Origin: Raillietiella orientalis
Lineage: Eukaryota
Assembly (NCBI GenBank): GCA_036172245.1
Contig: JAYWIR010000042.1
Coordinates: 744,001 to 808,000, forward strand
DNA length: 64,000 bases
Direction: 5' to 3'
This document shows positions 25,462 through 37,521 of the stretch, in pieces; the stretch's first letter is position 1, and every line of letters begins with the position of its first letter. A program made the position numbers and the translations under genes. The notes beneath the pieces are model-generated. The model was not told where the DNA came from and searched no databases. It saw only the letters and a list, made by a program, of their open reading frames with translations.

Positions 25462-26959
25462 TCAGAGTGGCTGCACTGGTAGTGGCTGTTCTTCAAGTTT
25501 ATTATAATCCAAATGAAATTCTTTGAGGACTTTGCGCCAATTTTGGGCATCAAAGAAATAATAGGTACCACGCTCATAAGTTGCTGTTTTCTCCAGAATG
25601 GCTACACCCGGAGCTCGGGTCATCCACACTCGTTCTTCTTTGTGATACCTCCAGTCTCTTGCATACAATTCAGAGGCGGCAGCAATCTGCAGGAAATCAC
25701 CCACATAGGTATAGAATAGGTAGAACAGGAGGTCATCTGTGTAGCGACTCAGTTTAAGTTCAGCCAGCTTATCTCTAACGGTGGCACATAAGGGACTCCT
25801 GGAAAGCTAGCTTACCTAATGAACACATTGATGATGTACTCAGAGGGGACATGAAAATCAATATCCTGAGGTCTGCAAGGAGAATCAGCCCATGGCCCAC
25901 CAAATGTAGGGTATAAGCTGTCAGATGAGTTCAAGTTCAATCCTAGGGTAGTCAAATCTTGGCCAAAGGCCAAAGTAACCAAATTGGAATCACTTTCTGC
26001 AACCCGGATAAATGTCAACAATCCTATCATGCCAAACTGATCTGTCACCATACCAGGAGGTATGTTGGTAACTTTGCCTGCACCAAAATTGCATGCATGA
26101 GCTGTTGCATGTATGACAATTTTACCTTCATTGGTAATATTAACTCCACGCTTGCTACTCTTGATTTTTTCCTCAGAAGCAGACAAACTTGTTGTGCTAT
26201 CTTCATTAATTTCCCTGTGAACAACATCGTTCTGATCTCCCAAAATATTAGAATCACTGTTAGTTGTGCCTGGCAAAGCAGGAAAATCTTCAGAACTCAT
26301 AGTAAACTCAGGAGTTTCTGACTGTGGCTGCTTGACCATCCCTACTGTAAAAAATGGAAGTACAAGAATAAATAGGGAGGGCAGAAGGGTACCATAGGGA
26401 GCTCTTCCTGTCATCGGGTTGGGCTGTGAAATAGAATCACCATGACCACGACTTGATAAAGATGGGAATTCAGAAAGATCCAAAGCAGGTGGATTATTAC
26501 TGTCCCCAGCTCCCCCAAAGGAGGGAAGATTAGAAAAGGAGGACAAATATTGCCGGGTCTCAGGTCCAAATCCACGACCCTGTGACACAGAAAAGTTGCC
26601 AAAATTGGACAAGGAGCTAAGACATACATCAGATTTTTTTGAAATTGTCAAAAAAAAAAAACCCACCTCAATCCTGGCCTCTTGATCTCTGTGGAAGACC
26701 GCTGACTTAAAAGATTTCGATTTGTAAGAGGGAGAATTCCTCTGACTGGTGAGGAGTTCTGGGAAGAAAGAGAATTTGATAATCCGCTGGGGAATCCAGA
26801 GGAGGAACTAATTTGTCCTGATCCCAGATTTCTGCTGAGAACACCACGTGACGTTTGGGGCAGGTTCAAGCTACCCATTCCTTGGATGTAAGAATCCTTT
26901 GTGATTCTAGATCCTGAACCAAGTACACTATTCTCCCCAGCTACCCCAAGCATACTCAT
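25462..26959 (-). CDS. CNOT2: CCR4-NOT complex subunit 2 (NOT2/Regena), about 436 aa, 5 coding exons
   Basis: Exons 26959-26667, 26616-26393, 26344-26126, 26077-25816 and 25774-25462 sum to 1311 nt. Motifs: LDLSEFPSL, EFTMSSEDFPALPG, DQFGMIGLLTFIR, DLTTLGLNLNS, RPQDIDFHVP and the NOT-box DWRYHKEERVW...YERGTYYFFD. The ATG at 26959 is preceded by an in-frame stop; the true start is less certain. Confidence 0.95.
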
Positions 26960-29900
26960 GCACCTTCAGTCCCTCAAATCAAGATGAACAGCACAGTTAC
27001 CAAGGGAGCCAACAGAAGTTTGGGTACAATGCAGAAGTCAATACAGGACTTGCCGTTATGAGAACACAGTACTTGAATAAAACACTAACACTATAGTGTA
27101 TAAGTACTATTCAATATGGAAAACATGGGGAACATTTACTTTTGTGTCACCAACATTCTGCAGCGTTTAAATAATGGGAAAGCACAAGAAATGACTAATC
27201 ATTAACAGAGTCATAAAATAATAGTTAAAAAAAACTACACTCTTTTTCAGTATAAGCTTATGGAACTCTATGAGTTTTAAATTTTTTGATTCTGGATTCT
27301 GGAAAAACCTCTAAAAAAAAAAACAAAAACAAACATTTCACAATCTATATAAAATAGCCATCATAGGCATACAGTAGTTTCAACTGCAACTGCTTTTAAA
27401 ACATAAGCCAAACAATGCATTATTTGAAATTAAACTCATTGTTCACTGGACTTTCTTTATGACTGCAAATCCATATTTCACCAGTTATAAAAAACTGATT
27501 CATTCCGAGATATATGACCATCAGTGCAACATTACCCAAAAGTCTGATAATTGTGGGCTCAAGATACATGCCAGAATGTACTTACTAACATAAAATTCAT
27601 AATCACTTAGAAAGCATATAAAGAAAGACCTTAACAGATGCTATATGCTGAAAAGAATGCTTGTGTGATACTCAATTATGAAAATTAGCCTTTATCAAAT
27701 CCTGAAATTTAAACATAAAAACAAATATATGAATTGCATTATGAAACACTTAAGCCCTAAACTTTCAGAGCACTGCATGGTTTCCACATACTCGGAAATC
27801 CCTAATCATCTAAAAGGCACAAATTTATTGACATTCGAAACGAGGGTATCAGTATAATTGGAATTTCAAAAGTAAGTGATTAGATTTAAAAGCATTTTTT
27901 TTTTTTTTTTTCTCCAAATGCCAACTAGAATTAATTGCACATGAGCCTTTTGAAAAGACACAGAAACAGAACACGCTGTACTTATTGATAAAACCTGAAT
28001 CTATACCCAAGGTTAAAAAATTGTACTACTGAAAATAATTCAGCAGACACCATGAATAAGTTCATCACATTATGATGACACAATGCTTCACTCACGGAAT
28101 TCTAAAATGACACATTTAATGAACTCGTATACGACCCCATTTGGGAATGAGTTTTTTTTTTTCTGCAATACCATTTGTGCATTTAGTACAAAGCATGTTT
28201 ACATTCTGCAAAATTTTCACCCAACAGAAATACAGTGAAACAACAATACAATCAATTTCAGTCAAAAGTCTGCAAAACTGTACACAACGGATAAACTCGG
28301 GATGAAGCACATTCTACGTTACAATCTTGAGTGTTTTACATCTACTTTCTATTTGAATAAAAAAAATTTCAACTTTCCATTCAAAACACACTTTTTTGTT
28401 TCCTCTCCTCCTTTTTTTGTTTCGTGTTGCCAATTCAGTCTCCCGTCACGGCTTTGGCAAAAAATTCAACAGGCTTTCCAAATAAATCGAAACACTTTTC
28501 GACGGTACACAAACTCTAAAATTCCAATTTCCCGAAAAACACTGATGTTTTACAATCCGGCGCTTCGGTACAGGGAAAAACACGGTGCTCAAGGAATCCC
28601 TGCATCCACAAAACAACGTTTGGAGAACCCAATCAAAAGCAAACTTTCACTTGCAATTTTTTTTTTTTTTGCCCGGTTGCAACGGTCGTTGCGAGCGGTC
28701 CACTTGTGAAGAGGGAAAAACATTTCAAAGATCAAAGGTGTTTGTGACGAATTTGCAAATTAAAATGCTGCGACGGTGAGCACAGTGACGTAAACAAAGT
28801 GCAAAAATGCTCGATGGGGACATTGCGGAGTTCACGAAAGTCCTTACGCGAACGCCGGCTCTTTGGTACATCGGTCGGAAAGTGTACAGTTATTCGGGTT
28901 GCCAGCATCACCGGCATTCAAAGCAGGGGGAGGGGGCATTTTCTCAGACGGAAACTCATTCGGATCCCACGAACGTTAGGGAGTTGACGTGGGCTGATTC
29001 GAACTGCTGTGGAACCTCGCGATCGGTTCGAAGCACCTACAATCCGGAAATCATTTGCGGTTCCCTTCCGAGGTTGTGACCGAATGCTTCTCTCAAAGTG
29101 CATTCACTGCAGGACAATTCGGCTGGAATGCTGGCCGCGCAGCTCTTCCCTGCTACCACAGGAAAACAGAAACGGATGCCTCGGCTTCCGAACTTCCTAC
29201 CTTTCGATTCATCACCGCGAGCAACGTGCATATTGATCCTGTTAGGAGTTGGTCCTCTCCATCAGTCCTGGCTGTGAAAGCAAACTGTACTTTAAACCGG
29301 AAAGGTCCATTCTCCTCTGTTGTCTCATACGGCTCGCTCTGTGCCTTCCTGCCTGTGCCTTTCGTAAGCCGCTTCCTGCTAGATCCAATCTTGAAGGCGT
29401 GATGACTCGAAATTCTCGATTTTTGGCGATTCCTTTTGTTTTTTTTCTTGCAGCAGCGAAACGAAGTGCTGTGCTTCTGGCGATTGTTGGTGGCATTGTT
29501 GTTGAAGAAGAGTGTCTTCCTTCGGGTGTTCCACCGTCAGGTTCCACGTAGACCCATGGTGTACGCAAGGCGGCGCACTCCACCTTCGTCCGTGGCCCTC
29601 TGGAAAGTCGTTGGCCATTGGGAGGCCAACCATCCGATGGCACACTTCTCTTTCTTCAGCCCCTCCCGGCGAAGACTTCCCAACAGTCGTCCGATTCCCT
29701 TCCACGCACAGCCTCGGTTCGTTTGAAAAAGCTTTATTCGCGATTCTTACACAACAACTGGCCATTTGTGCAACATTGATTTCAGCAGACATTCGTGCTA
29801 TTTGCCATCGTAATTTCCGTGGTATTCCTGCAGTTAACTTTGGTGTCTGTACTTATTGTGTGTGTGTGTCGGGGGGGGGGGGGGGGAGGGAAGATTAACT

Positions 29901-30449
29901 TGAGGCAGGTTTCCAAACTAAACAAATCTTTAGTTCTAATTAGGTATGCTCCATATAATGAAACTTGCCTGCCTCACTAAAAGCAGCCTGGTTGTTTCTG
30001 CAAACTGAATTTGCCTGATATCTTGTCATTCCGAACAGCATGAACTTAATTGTGATGCACCCACTTGGAAACTTGGAAAGAGAACGACCATTAGACCTCT
30101 GAAGAACTTTCTGAAAGAACACCAAAGAGTTTTGGGGACGCATTTCTTGCCGAACTCAAAAGAACCGATCGAGCATTTCGTCGAAGCGGAGAAAAAGGTG
30201 AGCAACGATGCACAACGTACATACTCTATTAACCATTATATCCATATTTATTACATTATGAATGAATGAATGCCTTTGTATTCTTCGTTTTGATATTATG
30301 TGGAAGAAATGCATTGGAAATTTAAGGCAACGTAGTTATACATTCCCAACATTGATCTACATCACATAATGATGTTTATAACAACACGAATTATTGTATT
30401 CTTTATTGTATCCCTGTTACTGAGCAAGGTGTGCAGAAAAGAAAAACTT

Positions 30450-33400
30450 TGGTCACCAGCCATTTGCCTGTCCTTGGGTAACTTTTTCAACTCTGAGTGC
30501 TTGCTTCACGTGAATTATTATAGTGCACTTTAGTGGATCACCATAACTAGAAAGGCCTGATAATTCCGTGACAGCCCTATAAGATAATTGGATTTCTTCA
30601 ATCCGAGGCTTGAACTCTTTGTGATTCATCATTGTGATGGCTCAGATGATTTGAAAGCCAAATTCGAGATGTACTTTTATTTCCTGAGCTCGCAGATGGA
30701 GCAGCTGTGATCCAAACTCAACAGCATCAGAAGCTTAATCCTACGACACCAATAGAAGGTAAATGCATCTTTCCCTGATTGAATCACAAATTTACATGAA
30801 TTTGCGATGAAACGTTGAATCTAAAGAGAGCTGCATTTTCCATTCTAGTTCCACAAGCCTCAAGCAAAAGTACTTTCTTTATACTAGTGGTTTATGAAAG
30901 GAGAAGCAAAAACGTTCAGGATATCTTCAGGAAATCAGCAAGTATGGTGACTTCATTAAGATACCTATTCCAAAACAAATATTATCTTTTTCACTATGCC
31001 AACCACCAATTTAAATGTACTTTTCGTTAAATGATCTAAGTGCATTCTTGACAAATTTTCTTTGCCTTCCGTGTAGCGTAAAGAAGCTCAGAGGATCACT
31101 TGGAAAGACATTTTCCCTATGCAATACGAAAAAACATAAATGCTAATACTCTATGAATTTCTCAAGGAAGCTAACCAGCTGGCTCTTCAAGAACGCTTGG
31201 ATATCCCGGAGTACCAAATCAATTGAGAAAACAGCTAAGAGCCGCCATATTCCATCCAGATAAAGCGGAAAATCATTTCCCATTGTCGATGATGGAAAGG
31301 ATACTGTTTGGAATTTCAGGCAGAAGTTTAGCACCATTTTCTCCATGAAAGTGCTTCGAGGGAATTACGAGATTTCCTGCTGATCTTCTGATATTATAGA
31401 AGCTTCTGGTATTTCATGGTATGGGGACAGATCCTTCACGTTCCCCTTCAAGGCGAAAACGGACAATGACTTCGACAGATCATATAAGGATCCTACGAGA
31501 ACTCGAATTTCGCTTCCTTTGGACAGCAGGTTCTCTTTTCTCCAGAGTTGTAAGATCATTCTTTATTTGCCTCCTTTGACTTTGCCCCTTTTCTTCCTGA
31601 TTCGTCTTCCACACCACTTCCTAAACAAGGTCTTTTCAGTCTTGGAAACTGTCTGCCACTGTGCTCAATAAATCTCAAGTTCCCTTATATAACTCAAGTT
31701 TTGTTTTCCTCTCAATAATGGAAGACCTCGCTCAACTGCCGGGATTTCCTTTCTCATCCAGCCGTGATCCTCCATTCAGATCTGAAAAAGCTCCAGCCTG
31801 AAAAGCAGCTGCACCTCGCTCCGTCTGAAGAGATTCGAAGTTCCCTGACGGCGTCCTCAATCTCTTGAGAACTTGAACCCGGTCGTAGCAAACCGCAACT
31901 TCTTCCCGAACCGCAAGGTGGCATGGAGGAAACCAATTCCCTCGCATCTTCTACTCTCATTGCCCACGAGTTTCTTGGAGTCTGCCGCTGGTATCCGGAT
32001 CTCATCCAAATCAGCCTCCGCCTGTTTTCACTGCTGCTTCGTGATGCCTTGTGCTCCTTCAGGACGCAACGGGCTCGACTCTTGGAGCGACGCAGAACCA
32101 CGCTTCTCAGCGCCTTGGCCGGCTCTTTCCTGGTACTCGGGTCGACACGTTCAGAATGTCCTTGCAGCGCCTCGTTCCTATGCGTGCACGCGCCACCGTC
32201 CACGCCTTGGCGCGGATGCAGGGGGGCGCGCACATCGCCATCACGTTCCCTTCTTCCGAGCCATCCAAGTGCATCTTGCAATCTCGTGGGATATCGCCCT
32301 CTCCCGTTTCCCTCCGTGCAACTCGTTCTGCAGATGACTGTGGCTTCTGTGTAAGCGGAAGCCAAACTCTGCATCTCGTAGAGGTTCTCCAGAAGCTCGC
32401 AATGGTAAGCTGCTGGCGACCGTCTCCTGACTGCCTGCTCCCGGAGGTGAGACGATGGCTGTTGCCGTGGAGCCTTCAAGTTTTGCAGTAATCGCCGCCC
32501 TCAGGAATGTGTGCCAATTTTTCATCTCATGCAAACTGAAGATACTTTACTTTGTCATCCACGGGTGTTCAAGAAATGTGGTTTGTATGAGTTGTGCTGG
32601 AAAGTGAGAAGACAGGCTTCATTTGTGTCAGCCTTTAAAATTGTCAGAATTGCGAACAACTTTGCCCGGTTTCCTATGAATGAGTGGCTTGCATGCTCAT
32701 CCTTAATACTTCTAGAGTAATAAGCGAATGTTACCGGAAAAATCCTCTCAAAAGTTACTCTTTAAAGCTCTTTTCAGGAATCATATAAAGCATAATTATG
32801 AATGTAATGCTGCTCTTCTACCCTCTGGGATCTTGTATTCCTGTGTACTTGCATCCCTTTCGACTTTTATCCTGTTCTTTTCTACGCGGAAGCGATCTGA
32901 TTATAAACTCTGTAGACTTCAGAGATTCGATAATAATCCAAGTTCGAGTCGAATTTCTCTTAAAATTGGCAGTTTTGATTGTGATTCTTTGGACCTAGAT
33001 AGTGCTTTCAGAATAATAGTAAGGTGAGGGAATGCGTAGGCTGGGATGAGAATAGAGTAACTTGAATTTAAAGGGTGTGAATTGACCCCTACCAGTTCCG
33101 TCGGTGAGCTCCATGTTGTGTGCACAGTATTGCTGTAGGCATCTTACTGAGCTTGGCACGGAATTTTTGAGACGAGAAAGTTGTGTTGTTCTCCAATGTC
33201 AATTCTCAACTCTTTTTGAAAAGCGGTCAAGATGCAGTCTTAAGGATGGAGATGGATTATCAGTAATAGATTTTCGTACATGTACTCTTCGGCTGTGCAT
33301 GTACTCGTACATACTTCTGGTTCATGTCTTAATACGCTCATTTGGGGCGACTGAGTCGTTTATTTGACTCCTGCTTCATCTCCTAACTAATTGATCCAAA

Positions 33401-35400
33401 GAAGTGTATCGAAGATTCGGATGCAGAAGGTTGGCAGGGAGGAACCAGTTCCTCAAATCCATTGAAGTCACAAAGTTTATGTAAGGTGACTGAAGTTTGA
33501 TGGATCCCAACAGCTGTGGTGATTGACATTGGGTGTGCTGTATCCTGGAAACTTGTTAGGAAGAAGAGAGTAAGGAAAACAAGTTTTCGAGTGTTTTACA
33601 TGAAGTTCTCGCAAGTTCAACACTTAAAGCACTCTCATTTATTACTTTATCATTTATTAAATTTGCATTGCAAACTTCTAGAGTCCGTGTAGTTCACACA
33701 ATACATAACGTGGTAAATACAATGAGAAAATCAACTTACTAAATGTTATATCTGAAGTCATTTTCCCTTGGCTCATCTTCCTAAGGCGAGCACTCGCCTT
33801 CTTTTCAAATTCGTCTCTGACTCAATGCACTGGTCACTCCAAGGCTCACTGTTTTCTATTGCTATTCCTTTGCTTGACTTTCCACACCACCCTCGCCAAC
33901 ACAGAAGCTCTTGGATGACTTTCTCTTGTAGGTCTCCAAGGAGACGAGGGATCATCTCCAAAGCCCAATTTTTCCAAATCCTTCAACATGGTTGTAAAAA
34001 AGCCTTCATCTCTTATACAAAACATCTTTGTACTCTGTATCACTTTTTCGTCTTATTTTATTTCCGGGATGCAATGCATAGCTAAGACGATTCCTTGGAG
34101 TTCATCTTCGCTCTGTAATGCTGAGTAGCCTCTTCATTCTGCCATGAAACTCAATCACTTTTTTGCTCATTGGCTAGATTATTTCTACTTTTTGCATTCC
34201 GTAGACAAGCCTGATCTCTCGGTTCCATGTTTTTTCCTAAGCAGTTTGATGATTGCCTTCCTAGACACTTTTCCGGGGGCTCCTACGGCGCACCAGTTAT
34301 ATGTCTGAGCTCTTCGAACTACGTGGTGCTCTGCAGTTCATCTTCAATTTTGACGAGTTAATTGCGTCTATTTTCCTTTGTGCATTTTCATAGCCAACCC
34401 GGACTTTCGAGGCATTGGGAACGTGCAAACCAGATGTAGCTGCTCATCACATTTGTCACAGGTGCCTTCTGAAGGTCAACCTGTGGCCGAACTCTCTGCA
34501 ATTCCTAATTCAGCTCGCATCGATGTGCAGCTTGAACTCAGGAAACCAGCTTCTCAGCCTGTATGCACTTGAGAATAAAGAACTTGAATGAAGATCTCCG
34601 ACTACACTGATGCACGTCGCATTTTCAGCTTCATGCCGAAACGCTCACGAAATCGCATTACCACCGCAAGTCTTCAAAAACTGTCTCCACTAGCCACTTT
34701 TCACAAGAATGTATTCGGAGTTTGCCACTAGAAAGGTGGCCAAGGGTGGGAGAGCAGCACAAGCAGAGGATCCACAAGTAGCGCAAGGAGTCCCCTAAAT
34801 AACAACCACAACATCAGCTCTGCAAACGAAGCCATCTTTTCTCAAAAAGGGAAAGCAAAACGGGCCGCAGGTCTAGCAGACGAGAATGCGTGCACGAGGT
34901 CAGCCCTCGGATGCACACAAAACGCGAATTCGAATTCCCGAGGACAGTTCTCCCTTGCGTCCGTTCGTCCTTTCTGTCCTTCTCCCACGTGTCTCCATCG
35001 GTGCACCAATCGAACGGGTGGTGTGGCTCGGGCGGTCTCCAAGGAATGCAAAGAGGAGCACTTCATTCACGAAACAGGAGGGAGAACTCTTGCGGAGTGA
35101 CAGGTCAAAGGTTAGAAGGGGAACTCGGCACTCCGTCACATTTCTCGATCGAATCGGAAGCAGTCTTCCCGAATTCCCGTGCTCGCGCCTGGCTTCTCGA
35201 TTAGACCGGACACGTGACTCGTGCTCGGATAGAAAGTCGCAACGGTCTATCTGCGAAACGATTCCACGAAGCATAGCAACGTCATCGATCTGCTCCGGGA
35301 CATTCTTCACCTCTCTCCTGTATGACCCATACGCCAATACAGTGCTCCTGCAGCCGAAGGGAGGAGAATGCCGAACTGAATGCTCCTCATTATGGACGAT
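30450..35400 (-). mobile_element. Decayed RNase H-type LINE body
   Basis: Motif remnants in the expected order on the minus strand: ORF1-like VPLLTF and CATCG (35300-34750), endonuclease-like LVGVNSHPL (~33090), RT-like KGNVKDLSPY (~31440), RNase H-like SCSICEL (~30690). All are highly degenerate. Confidence 0.4.
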
Positions 35401-36820
35401 TCCAGATGCGTCCTCCTGAGATTTCCGTGCTTGCCTCGACCTCGTGCGGGCATCTTTGATAGCCGGACAGGATTGCGAGTCGAAGGGGTTGCCAAGAGCT
35501 TCACTTGGGCGTGTTCCCCTGCTTTTGCAACGTGCGACGGTGCCTTCTTCTGAGGGGAAACCGCTCGCACCGGTAGGCGGTTGCGCACATTTGGGAACGA
35601 CACTTTTCTACGGGAACGCAGGGACATTTCACGTGGTAGAGAGATGCGAATGGCCGTTCTGCGCCGATCGATGGTGGCTCAAGCTGAGAAGAGTGAAACG
35701 GTGACACCGTGGATCGCGGGGGATCGGTTTGAACGCGGTTGATGTTTTGTTTCCAAGGCAACGGTGTCGGACGTGGACGGGAAGCTGCTTTGCTGCGCAC
35801 GATCCAGGTGTCGTGAACTAAGTGGTGGAAATGAAAAGGTCTCTCCCATTTTAGGCACCGGACTGCACCATTCCTGACCGCAGACAACTTCCGTCTTCTG
35901 GGAGTTCCAGAAACAACGCTTTAGCATTTCACTTTTGCTGAGCCGCTCGACTGGACATGGGAAGAAGACTCGCATCCTGCCTCGAGTTCCGATCAAAATG
36001 GCGCGCCCGGAGGGCGGCGACGACCGCGATGTTGCATGAAATCTTCCACTCGGTTACCACGGTTCATTTTGGAGGGCAGAGGGCGCAAGGACGCTGCTGA
36101 TGCATGGTGCAGTGGCAGAACCGTCGACCACGATTCTCTCTTTCGGCGATGCCATCAGGAGACTGCGTGCGTTCGCGGAAGTGCATCTGCGTTCGGGATG
36201 TACGCGTTTTCCGCGTGCCAATGCTCCCTTCATTTCTCTGGATAAGTGTTTTCCTCGGACCGCAATGAACGCGCGTGCTTTTGTACGTTGCTGTAATAAG
36301 AATTGGCGAGCGAGTTGTATTTGTGAGGTGGTTCGCCTCATCAGGAGCCGATCGGAAGAAATGAAAATGGTAGCACCTCTCTGGTGCAACCTCGATGGAA
36401 TGCGCCGTCGTCTCGTCTCTTCTTCCGGTTGCAGTGCTACCGCTCATAGAGACCCTTCGAGCAAATCGATCTCGTCAGATATTATGGTGGTCTTCAAATC
36501 CCAAAGGTATCAATCCTCTCAGGACATCTTGCTGGAGACCTACTGAAAAGTGTTCATCTCGGGTTTGCAAGGTACTTATCGATGCCAACCTACTAGCTTC
36601 TTTCTTCTACAAGCAGCAATGGTAGCAAGAATGCGAGTGGAGTATCACTGCCATTAGTCTTTTATTGTAAGGTTTTTTTCCTGAGCTTTCACAGGAAGTG
36701 CGACGTGAAATGAACTCCACAAAGCCTTCTTGATTGCATCTTCATTCAGTAGAATTTGCAAAGATCACTGTTTCTGGTTCCTAGAAATTCTTCCCAATGG
36801 TCTCGTTCCTTCTCGGAGCA

Positions 36821-37521
36821 CTTCGAGGATCCTGGTGAGACCCCAGACCAGAACTTTGGAAGCACAGCACTTTCACGTGCCACCTTCCGCTCGAGTCTTT
36901 TCTTAAGAACAACCGAACCGCGCTCCACGCCTCCTTCCTGCGGATGCTTCATTCATGGCATTTGCTGCAACCACCGGGCAATCGATGCTCTCGGCCTGTC
37001 CCGTGCCGACGTTCTTCCAGACGTCCATTCACCGGCCTGCGCGATGACGTCACGAAGGACTTTTTGCCGTCCTCTCGAGAGACGGCTTCCGCAGCACGAC
37101 TCGCGGGGGCGGACCGCCCTCGTACGAGAAGGCGCACACGTCGTGCTTGCAGCGCTCCCACGCGCCAGCATAGGAGCGCCGGCACAGTAAGTGCGAGGCC
37201 ATCGAGAGCCAGCCTACGCCTTGCTGTCGCGCCAGCTGGCGTGCGAGGCCACGCGCAACGCGGGTGTCTCTCCACGCACCGCGTGCCTGACGGTGGGCGC
37301 CGAACTTGGCTCGTGTCCCTGCGTCACGTCGAAACGCGCCTGCGCAGCTCTCTTTCGGCCGGTGGCTCTGCTCCAGAGAATGGATGACCGACGCTTCGGT
37401 GCCGGCAGAAGGTGGACCGTGGGTCTCAGCTGCCCGCGAGGCGTGTGGGTAGTCGCCGAGTAGCAAGACGCCCCACCTAGGGTGGGTTCCCGTGAATACT
37501 TGAGGTACCGCGGCTGCTCAT
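36821..37521. repeat. 700-bp GC-rich dispersed repeat, copy 1
   Basis: Direct repeat of 59466-60158. Visible differences are one ~8-nt indel and about two substitutions. Confidence 0.95.

Noticed and set aside
28807..29079. MADF-like start EFTKVLTRTPALWY
   Set aside because: The later conserved Trp residues and helices are absent, so it cannot be supported.
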